Notes: generated by a model not told the origin, from the letters alone. 64,000 nucleotides of DNA from Nitrospirota bacterium (GCA_016212085.1 JACRHL010000018.1:7487-71486), one strand, 5' to 3'; positions 18,940 through 28,789 are shown, counted from the stretch's first letter. Numbers and translations are program-made.

Positions 18940-20394
18940 ATGCAGACCGAAGCCAAGGTTGGGATCGCCGTGATCATGGGGGCCGCGCTGCTGGTCCTGC
19001 TGCTGGGCAAGGTGGAGCGCTGGACCCGCGCCGACCAGGTGGGCACCACCCTGGTCGCCCGCTTCGACACCGTGGCCGGGCTGGAACTGAAAAGCCCCGT
19101 GCAGGTGGCCGGCGTGAAGGTGGGCGAGGTGTCCGCCATCCGCCTGCGCGACAACCAGGCCGAGGTGGTCATCGCCCTGTACCCGGACGTGGCCATCTAC
19201 CGGGGCGCCCAGGCCGCCATCAAGTCCACCGGCCTGCTGGGCGAGAAATACCTGGAATTGCTGCCCGGCAAGCCCGAGCAAGGGAGCTACGCCGAGGGCG
19301 AGGTGATTCCCCAGCAGCCCGGCAGTGGCGACATCGACCGGCTGGTGTCGCAGCTCAACGCCGTGGCGGAGGACATCCGCGCCGTGGCCTCCGCCCTGCG
19401 CGAGACCGTCGCCAGCGACGCCGGGCGGACGCGCCTGGAGGCCATCCTCGACAACACCCGCGATTTTGCCCGGACCCTGAACGACAAGGGTCCGCGCATC
19501 ATGGAGCGCATCGATGCCATCCTGGCGCGCATCGACCGGGGCGAGGGCACCCTGGGCAAGCTGGTGAACGACCCCAACGCCTATGACGACCTGCAGGCCG
19601 CCCTGGAGGACGTGCGCGGCATGGTGGCGCAGGTCAACAAGGGCGAGGGCACCCTGGGCAAGCTGGTGAACGACCCGGCCCTGTACGACCGGCTGGAGGG
19701 GGCGGCCGGCGGCGTGGAGCAGATCGCCAAGAAGATCGCCTCCGGCGAGGGCACCCTGGGGCGCCTGCTCACCGACGATGCCACCGTCGAATCCTTCAAT
19801 TCGGCCATGGACTCGGTGGGCGCCATGGGCGACCGGTTGACCCGGCTGCGCACCTTCATCACCTTCCGCAACGAGTTCCAGACCCGCACCGCCGACAACA
19901 AGGGGTATTTCACCCTGCGCATCGACCCCGGGTCGAAGCGCTCCTACGTGGTCGAGGTGGTCAGCGACCCCGCCGGCCGCGCCAACCTGGTGCAGCGCGA
20001 GATCACCAGCGGCGGCGCCACCACCTTCTCGGAGGAGGTCACCACCAGCCGCAAGCTCCTGTTCACCGGCCTGTTCGACCAGCGTTTTGGCGATTGGGGG
20101 GTGCGCGGCGGGTTGATGGAAAGCACCTTCGGCATGGGCCTGGACTATGCCGGGCTCGACCGCGTGAACCTGCTGTTGGACGCGTGGGACTTCAACAGCG
20201 TGCGTCCGCGCCAGGACCTGGCGCGCCTGAAGGCCACCGTCCGCTACCGGGTGAACGACTACGTGTTCGTGCAGACGGGCATGGACAACTTCCTGAACAC
20301 GGACATCGACTCGGCGTTCCTGGGCGCCGGCCTGACGTTCGAGGACGAGGACATCAAGTACCTGCTGGGCGGCGCCGTCTCCTCGTTGAATTGA
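18940..20394 (+). CDS. mlaD: Long MlaD/MCE protein with helical repeats and a beta-rich C-terminal domain
   Basis: TEAKVG-TM, MCE domain (GL..KSPV.VAGVKVGEV...GLLGEKYLEL.PG), three GEGTLG(K/R)L repeats and amphipathic beta-strand C-terminus. Confidence 0.85.
   Translation: MQTEAKVGIAVIMGAALLVLLLGKVERWTRADQVGTTLVARFDTVAGLELKSPVQVAGVKVGEVSAIRLRDNQAEVVIALYPDVAIYRGAQAAIKSTGLLGEKYLELLPGKPEQGSYAEGEVIPQQPGSGDIDRLVSQLNAVAEDIRAVASALRETVASDAGRTRLEAILDNTRDFARTLNDKGPRIMERIDAILARIDRGEGTLGKLVNDPNAYDDLQAALEDVRGMVAQVNKGEGTLGKLVNDPALYDRLEGAAGGVEQIAKKIASGEGTLGRLLTDDATVESFNSAMDSVGAMGDRLTRLRTFITFRNEFQTRTADNKGYFTLRIDPGSKRSYVVEVVSDPAGRANLVQREITSGGATTFSEEVTTSRKLLFTGLFDQRFGDWGVRGGLMESTFGMGLDYAGLDRVNLLLDAWDFNSVRPRQDLARLKATVRYRVNDYVFVQTGMDNFLNTDIDSAFLGAGLTFEDEDIKYLLGGAVSSLN
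19540..19780 (+). repeat. Three intragenic repeat motifs at 102-nt (34-aa) spacing in mlaD
   Basis: ggcgagggcaccctggg starts at 19540, 19642 and 19744; copies 1 and 2 share ggcgagggcaccctgggcaagctggtgaacgaccc. Confidence 0.85.
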
Positions 20395-20513
20395 GGGGTT
20401 CCGCTCACTTATAATCCAACGTTCCATGCTTTTCCACGCGGGCGTGGCCGGCCGCACGCCGTCGCGCCGGGCGGTGGCCCGCCCGTCAACCCCCAACGCC
20501 ACACCGGAAGCAG

Positions 20514-21128
20514 ATGCTCGAAGCGGTCGATCTTGAGTGCGTGCGTGGCGACCGGCGGTTGTTCGCGGGGGTGGGGCTGACCGTGGCGCCGGGGGAGCTG
20601 CTGCACGTGCGCGGCCCCAACGGCAGCGGCAAGACCACCCTGCTGCGCATGCTGTGCGGCCTGGTGAAGCCGGTGGCCGGCGAGGTGCGCTGGGCCGGCC
20701 GGCCGGCGCGCGAGCTGGGCGACGGGTTCCTGGCCCTGCTGACCTACGTGGGCCACCACAATGCCATCAAGGACGAGCTGACCGGCCCCGAGAACCTGCT
20801 GGTCCACGCCCGCCTGTGCGGCGCGCCGGACGACGCCGCCACCCTGTCCGCCGCCCTGGAGCGGCTGGGCATGAAGGCCTATGGGCGCGTGCCGTGCAAG
20901 GTGCTGTCGGCGGGGCAGAAGCGGCGCACGGCGCTGGCGCGGCTGCTGATCTCCCGGTCGCCCCTGTGGATACTGGACGAGCCGTTCAACGCCCTCGACG
21001 TGGGCGCCGTGGCCACCCTGCAACAGGCGATCCAGGGGCACCTCCAGCGTGACGGCATGGTGGTGCTCACCACCCACCAGGACGTGCCCATCGACGGCGC
21101 CGTGAAAACCCTGCACATGGGGGCCTGA
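20514..21128 (+). CDS. ccmA: Heme exporter ATPase CcmA
   Basis: GPNGSGKTTLLR, LSAGQKRR and WILDEPF motifs; first gene of the ccm operon. Confidence 0.95.
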   Translation: MLEAVDLECVRGDRRLFAGVGLTVAPGELLHVRGPNGSGKTTLLRMLCGLVKPVAGEVRWAGRPARELGDGFLALLTYVGHHNAIKDELTGPENLLVHARLCGAPDDAATLSAALERLGMKAYGRVPCKVLSAGQKRRTALARLLISRSPLWILDEPFNALDVGAVATLQQAIQGHLQRDGMVVLTTHQDVPIDGAVKTLHMGA

Positions 21129-21132
21129 CCGG

Positions 21133-21810
21133 GTGGCCGGCCTGGTTGCATCCGTCGCCACCATGGTGCGCCGTGACCTGACGCTGGTCATGCGCAACCG
21201 CGCCGACGTGGCCACCATCCTGTTCTTTTTCGTGATCGTGGTGAGCCTGTTTCCCCTGGGGGTGGGGCCGGAGATGAACATTTTACGCACCATCGCCCCC
21301 GGCGTGGTGTGGGTGGCGGCGCTGCTCGCCTCCATGCTGTCCCTGGGGCGCATGTTCGCGGCGGACCATGCGGACGGCACCCTGGAGCAGCTGCTGGTGG
21401 CGCCCGCGCCCCTGGCGCTGCTGGTGCTGGGCAAGGTGATCGCCCACTGGCTGGCCAGCGGCGTGCCGCTGGTGCTCATGGCGCCGCTGCTGGGGTTGCA
21501 GTTCGGATTGCCTGCGGACGGGCTGGCCGTATTGATGGTATCGTTATTGCTTGGTACACCCGTGCTCAGCCTGGTGGGCGCCATCGGCGCGGCACTCACC
21601 CTGGGCGTGCGGGGAGGGGGGGTGCTGGTGAGCCTGCTGGTGCTGCCCCTCTACATCCCGGTGCTGATCTTCGGGGCGGGCGCGGTGGACGCGACCGTTT
21701 CCGGGCTGGGCGGCCAGGCCCATCTCTCGATCTTGGCGGCGATGCTGGTGCTGGCGGGCTGCTTTACCCCGTGGGCGACCGCCGCCGCCCTTAGAATCTC
21801 GTTGGACTAG
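21133..21810 (+). CDS. ccmB: Heme exporter permease CcmB
   Basis: F..DHADGTLEQL and LLVLPLYIPVLIFG motifs. Confidence 0.95.
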   Translation: MAGLVASVATMVRRDLTLVMRNRADVATILFFFVIVVSLFPLGVGPEMNILRTIAPGVVWVAALLASMLSLGRMFAADHADGTLEQLLVAPAPLALLVLGKVIAHWLASGVPLVLMAPLLGLQFGLPADGLAVLMVSLLLGTPVLSLVGAIGAALTLGVRGGGVLVSLLVLPLYIPVLIFGAGAVDATVSGLGGQAHLSILAAMLVLAGCFTPWATAAALRISLD

Positions 21811-21825
21811 ATTTGTTGGGATAAG

Positions 21826-22575
21826 ATGAGTTCTGGCGGCCCCAATTGGTTCAAATACGCCTCGCCGATGGCGTTCTACCCCCTGGCCGGGCGGTTGATC
21901 CCGTGGTTTGCCGTGCCCGCCGTGGTGCTGACGGCGATCGGCCTGTACATGACCTTCTTCGTGGCCCCGGTGGACTATCGCCAGGGGGACGCCTACCGCA
22001 TCATGTTCATCCATGTGCCGGCGGCCTGGATGTCCATGTGGCTGTACATCTGCATGGCGGTGTATGCGGCCCTGGGGCTGGTGGTGCGGACCCGTTTGAG
22101 TTCCATGATGGCCCAGGCCATCGCCCCCACCGGCGCCATGTTCACCTTCATCGCCCTGTGGACCGGTGCGTTCTGGGGCAAGCCCATGTGGGGCGCCTGG
22201 TGGGTGTGGGACGCGCGCCTCACCTCCGAGCTGATCCTGCTGTTCCTGTATATCGGCGTGATGGCGCTGCGCGCCGCCATCGACGACACCCGCCGCGCCG
22301 ACCGCGCCAGCGGCCTGCTGGCCCTGGTGGGGGTGGTGAACGTGCCGATCATCTACTACTCGGTGCAGTGGTGGAACACCCTGCACCAGGGCGCGTCCAT
22401 CAGCATGACCGCCGCGCCCACCATGAGCCGGATCATGCTGTGGACCCTGCTCGTGATGACCTTTGCCTTCTGGGCCCATGCCTTCGTGACCAGCCTCATG
22501 CGGGTGCGCGGCATCATCCTGGAGCGCGAGCGCCACGCCGAATGGGTGGCGGAGATGGTGGACGAAACAAAATGA
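21826..22575 (+). CDS. ccmC: Heme exporter CcmC
   Basis: WWD motif WGKPMWGAWWVWDARLT; HVP and TLHQ. Confidence 0.96.
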   Translation: MSSGGPNWFKYASPMAFYPLAGRLIPWFAVPAVVLTAIGLYMTFFVAPVDYRQGDAYRIMFIHVPAAWMSMWLYICMAVYAALGLVVRTRLSSMMAQAIAPTGAMFTFIALWTGAFWGKPMWGAWWVWDARLTSELILLFLYIGVMALRAAIDDTRRADRASGLLALVGVVNVPIIYYSVQWWNTLHQGASISMTAAPTMSRIMLWTLLVMTFAFWAHAFVTSLMRVRGIILERERHAEWVAEMVDETK

Positions 22576-22733
22576 ACCTAACGGAATTCTGGCACATGGG
22601 CGGCTATGCCCTGTACGTCTGGAGCTCCTTCGGCGTGACCGCCGCCTTCATGGTGGGGGAGCTGGTGCTGCTGCGCCGGCAACGCAAGGAGACCCTCGAT
22701 CGCCTGCGCCGGATCCGCGACATAGAGACCTGA
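22572..22733 (+). CDS. ccmD: Heme exporter protein CcmD
   Basis: MNLTEFWHMGGYALYVWSSFG; ATGA overlap with the ccmC stop. Confidence 0.9.
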   Translation: MNLTEFWHMGGYALYVWSSFGVTAAFMVGELVLLRRQRKETLDRLRRIRDIET

Positions 22734-22734
22734 C

Positions 22735-23199
22735 ATGACCCCGAGACAGAAACGTTTCGCCTTCGTGGCGGCCGGCCTGGTGGCCATCGGCCTCGCCACG
22801 TTCTTCATCCTGAACGCCTTCAAGGCAGGGGTGATGCTGTTCTACAGCCCCACCGACGTGGTGGCCGGCAAGGCGCCCCAGCACAAGACCATCCGCCTGG
22901 GCGGCATGGTGGAAAAGGGCAGCCTGGAACGCCAGCCAGACGACCTGACGGTGCACTTCGTGGTGACCGACCTGGCGGAGAAGGTCACCGTGTCGTACAC
23001 CGGCATCCTGCCGGACCTGTTCACCGAGGGGCAGGGGGTGGTGGCCCAGGGCAGGATGAGCCCCGACGGCCTGTTCATGGCCTCCGAGGTGCTGGCCAAG
23101 CATGATGAGACCTACATGCCGCCCGAGGTGGCCGACGCCCTGGAGAAGGGCAAACAGCGCGCCGCCCAGGGCGCAGGCCCTGTGGGCGGGGAGATATAA
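22735..23199 (+). CDS. ccmE: Heme chaperone CcmE
   Basis: LPDLFTEGQGVV and LAKHDETYMP (HxxxY) motifs. Confidence 0.96.
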   Translation: MTPRQKRFAFVAAGLVAIGLATFFILNAFKAGVMLFYSPTDVVAGKAPQHKTIRLGGMVEKGSLERQPDDLTVHFVVTDLAEKVTVSYTGILPDLFTEGQGVVAQGRMSPDGLFMASEVLAKHDETYMPPEVADALEKGKQRAAQGAGPVGGEI

Positions 23200-23202
23200 G
23201 AC

Positions 23203-25197
23203 ATGATTCCCGAAATCGGACATTTTGCCCTCATCGTCGCCCTGGGCCTGGCCCTGGTGCAGGGGATCCTGCCGCTGGCCGGCGCGGCCCGCGGCAACCC
23301 GTCCTGGATCCAGATCGCCCGCCCGGCGGCGCTGGGCCAGTTCACCTTCGTGCTGATCGCCTTCGCGTGCCTGACCTACGCCTTCGTGCACGACGACTTC
23401 TCGGTGCTGTACGTGGCCAACCACTCCAACTCCCTGCTGCCGTTGCAGTACAAGGTGGCCGGCGTGTGGGGCGGGCACGAGGGGTCGCTGCTGTTGTGGG
23501 TGTTCATGCTCACCGGCTGGACCATGGCGGTGGCCCTGTTCAGCCGCCACCTGGCGGACGACATGGTGGCGCGGGTGATCGGCGTGATGGGCCTGATCGC
23601 CGTGGGCTTCCACAGCTTCATGCTGCTCACCTCGAACCCCTTCGAGCGCCTGGTTCCCGGCGCCCCCGAGGGGGCCGACCTGAACCCCCTGTTGCAGGAC
23701 CCGGGTCTGGTGATCCACCCGCCCATGCTGTACATGGGCTATGTGGGCTTTTCGGTGGCGTTCGCCTTCGCCGTGGCGGCGCTCCTGTCGGGCCGGCTCG
23801 ACGCCACCTGGGCGCGCTGGTCCAGGCCGTGGACGGTGGCCGCCTGGAGCGTGCTCACCATGGGCATCGCCCTGGGTAGCTGGTGGGCCTATTACGAGCT
23901 GGGCTGGGGCGGCTGGTGGTTCTGGGACCCGGTGGAGAACGCCTCGTTCATGCCGTGGCTGGTGGGCACCGCCCTCATCCACTCCCTGGCGGTGACCGAG
24001 AAGCGCGGCAGCTTCAAGAACTGGACCGTGCTGCTGGCCATCTTCGCCTTCTCGCTGAGCCTGCTGGGCACCTTCCTGGTGCGCTCCGGCGTGCTCACCA
24101 GCGTGCACGCCTTCGCCACCGATCCGGAGCGCGGCACGTTCATCCTCGCCTTCCTGGCGGTGGTGATCGGCAGCTCCCTCACCCTGTATGCCTGGCGCGC
24201 CCCCAAGGTGGCCCCGGGCGGGCGCTTCGAGCTGTTCTCGCGCGAGTCGCTCATGCTCACCAACAACGTGGTGCTGGTGGCGGCGGCGGGCTCGGTGCTG
24301 CTGGGCACCCTCTATCCGCTGCTGCTGGACGCCCTGGACCTGGGCAAGATCTCGGTGGGTCCGCCGTACTTCAACGCCGTGTTCGTGCCGCTGATGATGC
24401 CGGCGGTGTTCCTCATGGCCGTGGGCCCCTTCGCCCGCTGGAAGAAGGCCAGCGTGCCCGACATCGCCCAGCGCCTCAAGTGGGCGCTGGCGGTGGGGGT
24501 GGTGCTGGCGCTGGTGCTGCCGTTCGTGATGGGCAGCTGGCGGCCGCTGGTGGCGCTGGGGGTGCTGGGGGCCGGCTGGGTGGGCTCCAGCGTGGTGCTC
24601 AACGTCATCGGCCGCGCCCGCTCCGGCGCCGGCGGCTGGGCTGGGCTGCCGCCCAGCTACCTGGGCATGCAGATGGCACACCTGGGCGTGGCGGTGTTCA
24701 TCATGGGGGTGACCATGGTGAGCGCCTATCAGCAGGAGAAGGACGTGCGCATGGACGTGGGTGACACGGTCACCATGGGCCAGTACACCTTCCGCCTGGA
24801 CGGGGTGGTGGAGCGGCCGGGGCCCAACTACACCGCCAGCACCGGCAACGTGGCGCTGCTCAAGAACGGCGAGCCGTTCCGCTACCTGCACCCGGAAAAA
24901 CGCATCTACAACGTGCAGACCATGCCCATGACCGAGGCCGCCATCCACAGCAACCCCCTGAGAGACCTCTACGTGTCGCTGGGCGAGCCGGTGGGCGGCA
25001 CCGCCTGGAGCGTGCGGGTCTACTACAAGCCGTTCGTGACCTGGATCTGGGGCGGCTGCGCCATCATGGCGTTCGGTGGCTTGCTGACCCTCACCGACGC
25101 GCGCTACCGGCTGGTGCTGGGACGCGGGCGGGTGCGCTTCGGCCGCCCGGAGGCCGCCGCCGGCTCCGCCGCGTTGAAACAGAAGGGGGACGCCTGA
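23203..25197 (+). CDS. ccmF: Cytochrome c heme lyase CcmF
   Basis: HPPMLY, WAYYELGWGGWWFWDPVENAS and SVHAFA motifs. Confidence 0.97.
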   Translation: MIPEIGHFALIVALGLALVQGILPLAGAARGNPSWIQIARPAALGQFTFVLIAFACLTYAFVHDDFSVLYVANHSNSLLPLQYKVAGVWGGHEGSLLLWVFMLTGWTMAVALFSRHLADDMVARVIGVMGLIAVGFHSFMLLTSNPFERLVPGAPEGADLNPLLQDPGLVIHPPMLYMGYVGFSVAFAFAVAALLSGRLDATWARWSRPWTVAAWSVLTMGIALGSWWAYYELGWGGWWFWDPVENASFMPWLVGTALIHSLAVTEKRGSFKNWTVLLAIFAFSLSLLGTFLVRSGVLTSVHAFATDPERGTFILAFLAVVIGSSLTLYAWRAPKVAPGGRFELFSRESLMLTNNVVLVAAAGSVLLGTLYPLLLDALDLGKISVGPPYFNAVFVPLMMPAVFLMAVGPFARWKKASVPDIAQRLKWALAVGVVLALVLPFVMGSWRPLVALGVLGAGWVGSSVVLNVIGRARSGAGGWAGLPPSYLGMQMAHLGVAVFIMGVTMVSAYQQEKDVRMDVGDTVTMGQYTFRLDGVVERPGPNYTASTGNVALLKNGEPFRYLHPEKRIYNVQTMPMTEAAIHSNPLRDLYVSLGEPVGGTAWSVRVYYKPFVTWIWGGCAIMAFGGLLTLTDARYRLVLGRGRVRFGRPEAAAGSAALKQKGDA

Positions 25198-25721
25198 TGG
25201 GCCGCTTCATCCTCCCCCTCGGGGTGTTCGTGGTACTGGTCGGGTTCCTGGCCGTGGGCCTCCGGCTCAACCCGCGCGAGGTGCCCTCCGTGCTCATCGA
25301 CAAGCCGGCGGCGGCGTTCACCGTGCCGCAGCTTGAGGATCCGTCGCTCACCTTCGCGCCGGAGGAGATGAAGGGCAAGGTGTGGCTGTTCAACGTATGG
25401 GCCTCGTGGTGCGTGAGCTGCCGCCAGGAGCATCCGCTGCTGGTGCAACTGGCGCGGGGCGGCGAGGTGCCCATCATCGGCCTGGACTACAAGGACGAGC
25501 GTGCCGCCGCCCTGGCCTGGCTGCGCGACTGGGGCAACCCCTACACCCTGAGCGCCGTGGACGCCAACGGCCGGGTGGGCATGGACTACGGCGTGTACGG
25601 CGTGCCCGAGACGTACCTGATCGACAAGGAGGGGATCATCCGCTACAAGCAGATCGGCCCCCTCACCCCCCAGGTGATCCAGGAAGTGATTCTGCCCAAG
25701 GTGCGGGAGTTGAACGGATGA
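25197..25721 (+). CDS. ccmG: Thiol:disulfide interchange protein CcmG/DsbE
   Basis: WASWCVSC and GVYGVPETY motifs. Confidence 0.94.
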   Translation: MGRFILPLGVFVVLVGFLAVGLRLNPREVPSVLIDKPAAAFTVPQLEDPSLTFAPEEMKGKVWLFNVWASWCVSCRQEHPLLVQLARGGEVPIIGLDYKDERAAALAWLRDWGNPYTLSAVDANGRVGMDYGVYGVPETYLIDKEGIIRYKQIGPLTPQVIQEVILPKVRELNG

Positions 25722-26185
25722 AGACACTGATGGCGGGCCTTGCCCTGGCGCTGCTGATGGCGGCCACCACCGGCCACGCCCGGGAGGCCGTGCCCAGCGC
25801 CGCCGACCCGGCGATCGAGGCGCGCATGAAGGACCTTACCCAGGACCTGCGCTGCCTGGTCTGCCAGAACCAGACCCTGGCGGATTCCGACGCCGACCTG
25901 GCCAAGGACTTCCGGCGCGAGATCCGCACCATGATGCAGGAGGGCCGGACCGACGCCGAGATCGTCGACTTCCTGGTGGACCGGTACGGCGACTTCGTGC
26001 TCTACCGCCCGCCCTTCAAGGGCATCACCATGCTGCTCTGGATCGGCCCCGCCGTCCTGCTGTTGGGCGGCGCCCTGGCCCTGATCGTGACCTTGAGGCG
26101 GCGCCGCGCCGCCACCACCGCCGCGCCCAGCCCCGACGAGCTGGAGCGCGCCCGTAAACTGCTGGAAGAGGATAACCGCGCATGA
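25718..26185 (+). CDS. ccmH: Cytochrome c biogenesis protein CcmH
   Basis: LRCLVCQNQ and RYGDFVLYRPP motifs; ATGA overlap with ccmG. Confidence 0.94.
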   Translation: MKTLMAGLALALLMAATTGHAREAVPSAADPAIEARMKDLTQDLRCLVCQNQTLADSDADLAKDFRREIRTMMQEGRTDAEIVDFLVDRYGDFVLYRPPFKGITMLLWIGPAVLLLGGALALIVTLRRRRAATTAAPSPDELERARKLLEEDNRA

Positions 26186-27429
26186 CCACCTTTTGGATCC
26201 TGGCCGGGGTCATGGCGTGCGTGGGGGCCCTGTTCGTGGTGGTGCCGCTCATGCGCGGGCCGGTGCGCCGCGACCAGCACAGCCGCGACCAGCTCAACCT
26301 GGCCATCCGCAAGGACCAGCTTACCGAGCTGAAGTCCGACCTGGACGCCGGCACCCTGAGCCCGGAGCAGTTCGAGGCGGGCAGGATCGAGATCGAGCAG
26401 GGGCTGCTGGAGGACGTGGCGGGCGCCGAGGCGGCCGCCCTGCAAGCCTCCGCCCCGCCCGCGCGCTGGATGGCCTATGTCCTGGCGCTGGCGCTGCCCG
26501 CGCTGGCGGTGGCCCTGTATCTCCAGCTGGGCCGCATGGACGCCCTCGACCCCGCCGTCACCGCCGCGCCGAAGGGCCAGGAGATGGCCCACGATATCGG
26601 CCCGGAGCAGCTTGCCGGCATGGTGCAGTCGCTGGCGGACCGCCTGAAGGCCCAGCCGGACGACGCGGAGGGGTGGATGATGCTGGGGCGCAGCTACGCG
26701 GTGCTGCGCGACTTCCCGCGCTCCGCCGAGGCCTACGCCCACGCCTACGCCCTGATCGGCGATCATCCCGACGTGCTGTCCAACTATGCCGACGCTCTGG
26801 CCATGGCCAACAACGGCGCGTTCACCGATCAGGCCGTTGCCCTGGTGGACAAGGCGGTGAAGGTCGACCCCACCCACCCGAAAGCCCTGTGGCTGGCGGG
26901 CACCGCCGCCTTCGAGCGCCGGAACTACGGCCGCGCCCTCACCCTGTGGACCGCCCTGCGCGTGGGGCTGGATGACGGCTCCGACGTGGCGAACACCATG
27001 GACGCCAACATCGCCGAGGTGCGTGCCCTGATGGGCGGCGCGGCGCCGCCGGAAACCGCGCGGGTCGCCCAGGCCGCGCCCGCGAAGAAGCAGGTGTCGG
27101 GCCGCGTGCGCGTCGCCCCGGCGCTGGCCGCCAAGGTGGACCCGGGCGCCACCCTGTTCGTGTTCGCCAAGGCCGCCCAGGGGCCGCCCATGCCGCTGGC
27201 CATCCTGCGCCTGTCCGCCGCCGGGCTGCCGCTGGACTTCACCCTCGACGAGGGCATGGCCATGGTGCCCGCCATGAGCCTGGCGCGCTTCGACCAGGTG
27301 ATGGTGGGGGCGCGCATCTCCAAGTCCGGCGACGCCACGGCCCGGAGCGGCGACCTGCAGGGCCTGGTGGGCCCGGTCAGGGTGGGCGCCACGGGCATCG
27401 AGGTGGTGATCGGCGAGGAGGTGAAGTAA
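26182..27429 (+). CDS. ccmI: Cytochrome c biogenesis protein CcmI (TPR)
   Basis: Two TMs, QLTELKSDLDAGTL, TPR (PDDAEGWMMLGRSY) and C-terminal GPPMPLA...F.LD....M domain. Confidence 0.92.
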   Translation: MTTFWILAGVMACVGALFVVVPLMRGPVRRDQHSRDQLNLAIRKDQLTELKSDLDAGTLSPEQFEAGRIEIEQGLLEDVAGAEAAALQASAPPARWMAYVLALALPALAVALYLQLGRMDALDPAVTAAPKGQEMAHDIGPEQLAGMVQSLADRLKAQPDDAEGWMMLGRSYAVLRDFPRSAEAYAHAYALIGDHPDVLSNYADALAMANNGAFTDQAVALVDKAVKVDPTHPKALWLAGTAAFERRNYGRALTLWTALRVGLDDGSDVANTMDANIAEVRALMGGAAPPETARVAQAAPAKKQVSGRVRVAPALAAKVDPGATLFVFAKAAQGPPMPLAILRLSAAGLPLDFTLDEGMAMVPAMSLARFDQVMVGARISKSGDATARSGDLQGLVGPVRVGATGIEVVIGEEVK

Positions 27430-27430
27430 G

Positions 27431-27994
27431 GTGCGCCGCGCCCTGTACATGCTGGCGCTGGGAACGGCCGTGGCGGCGGTGCTCGCCGGCGGCTGCAACC
27501 GTAACTCCGAGGCCGTGCCGGTGGCCAAGGAGGGGGCGCGGGTGTCCAAGGGCATCGGCCCCAACATCGGCTTCACGGCGCCGGACTTCGAGCTGGTGGA
27601 CACCCGCGGCAACCGGGTGAGCCTGTCCAGCTTCCGCGGCAACGTGGTGCTGCTCAACTTCTGGGCCACCTGGTGCGGCCCGTGCCGCATCGAGATGCCC
27701 ACCCTCCAGGCCCTCACCGAGGACTATGCCGCGCGGTCGTTCCGGGTGGTGGCGGTGGCGGGCGACCCGGAGGGGGTGCGCAAGGTGGCGCCGTTCATGG
27801 ACGGCCTGGGCCTCACCTTTCCCGGCCTGATCGACCAGGACGGGCGCATCCAGGACATGTACCTGGTCAACGCCCTGCCCATGACCTACGTGCTGGACCG
27901 GCAGGGGGTGGTGGTGTACAAGATGGTGGGCTTCTTCGACTGGAACCAGCCCAAGTTCCGCAAGCTGGTGGAAGGCCTGCTGGCGGAGGCGTAG
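27431..27994 (+). CDS. TlpA/ResA-family thiol-disulfide oxidoreductase, probable lipoprotein
   Basis: LNFWATWCGPC..EMP; lipobox-like LAGGC. Confidence 0.9.
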   Translation: MRRALYMLALGTAVAAVLAGGCNRNSEAVPVAKEGARVSKGIGPNIGFTAPDFELVDTRGNRVSLSSFRGNVVLLNFWATWCGPCRIEMPTLQALTEDYAARSFRVVAVAGDPEGVRKVAPFMDGLGLTFPGLIDQDGRIQDMYLVNALPMTYVLDRQGVVVYKMVGFFDWNQPKFRKLVEGLLAEA

Positions 27995-28033
27995 CGACTC
28001 CCCCCCCAACCCCGAGAGCGACTGACCGCACCC

Positions 28034-28789
28034 ATGGCCGACGCCGATTCCATATCCCTGTTATTGGCCTTCTCGGGCGGCTTCCTGTCGTTCGTGTCGC
28101 CGTGCGTGCTGCCGCTGTTGCCGTCGTACGTGACCTTCATCACCGGCCTGTCGCTGGACCAGCTCACGGCCGGCGAGCACACGGCGCGGGTCAAGCGCAT
28201 CGTGCTCGCGAACTCCCTGTTCTTCGTCGCCGGCTTCTCCACCATCTTCGTGGCGCTGGGGGCCTCGGCCACCTATGTGGGGCAGTTCCTGATCGCCTAC
28301 CAGCACGTGATGTCCAAGGTGGCGGGCGCGATCATCGTGCTGTTCGGCCTGTACGTGATGGGCGTCCTCAAGGCCAACTGGCTGATGGCCGACAAGCGCG
28401 TGCACATGAGCGGCAAGCCCAGGGGCTATACCGGGTCGTACCTGGTGGGCATGGCCTTCGCCGCCGGCTGGACGCCGTGCGTGGGGCCGATCCTGGGCAG
28501 CATCCTGCTCCTGGCCGGCACCTCCGAGGGGGTGACGCAGGGCATGCTGCTGCTCACCTTCTATTCCCTGGGGCTGGGGGTGCCGTTCTTTGTCACCGCC
28601 CTGGCGCTCAACACCTTCCTGGCCAGGTTCACCGCCTTCTCGCGCTACATGCGCGTGGTGACCGTGGTCAGCGGCGTGTTCCTCATCGTCATCGGCCTGA
28701 TGATCTTCTTCGACGTGTTCTCGATGCTCAGCGCCTGGCTGGTGAGCTTCGGCATCGGCTGGGACGTGCAGCCGGACGACCTGCGCTAG
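28034..28789 (+). CDS. ccdA: Cytochrome c biogenesis protein CcdA (DsbD TM-like)
   Basis: SPCVLPLLPSY and GWTPCVGPILG motifs. Confidence 0.92.
   Translation: MADADSISLLLAFSGGFLSFVSPCVLPLLPSYVTFITGLSLDQLTAGEHTARVKRIVLANSLFFVAGFSTIFVALGASATYVGQFLIAYQHVMSKVAGAIIVLFGLYVMGVLKANWLMADKRVHMSGKPRGYTGSYLVGMAFAAGWTPCVGPILGSILLLAGTSEGVTQGMLLLTFYSLGLGVPFFVTALALNTFLARFTAFSRYMRVVTVVSGVFLIVIGLMIFFDVFSMLSAWLVSFGIGWDVQPDDLR

Noticed and set aside
19540..19780. Regularly spaced direct repeats as a possible CRISPR array
   Set aside because: The period is 102 nt, the repeats are in frame inside mlaD and encode a protein repeat, and there are no cas genes.
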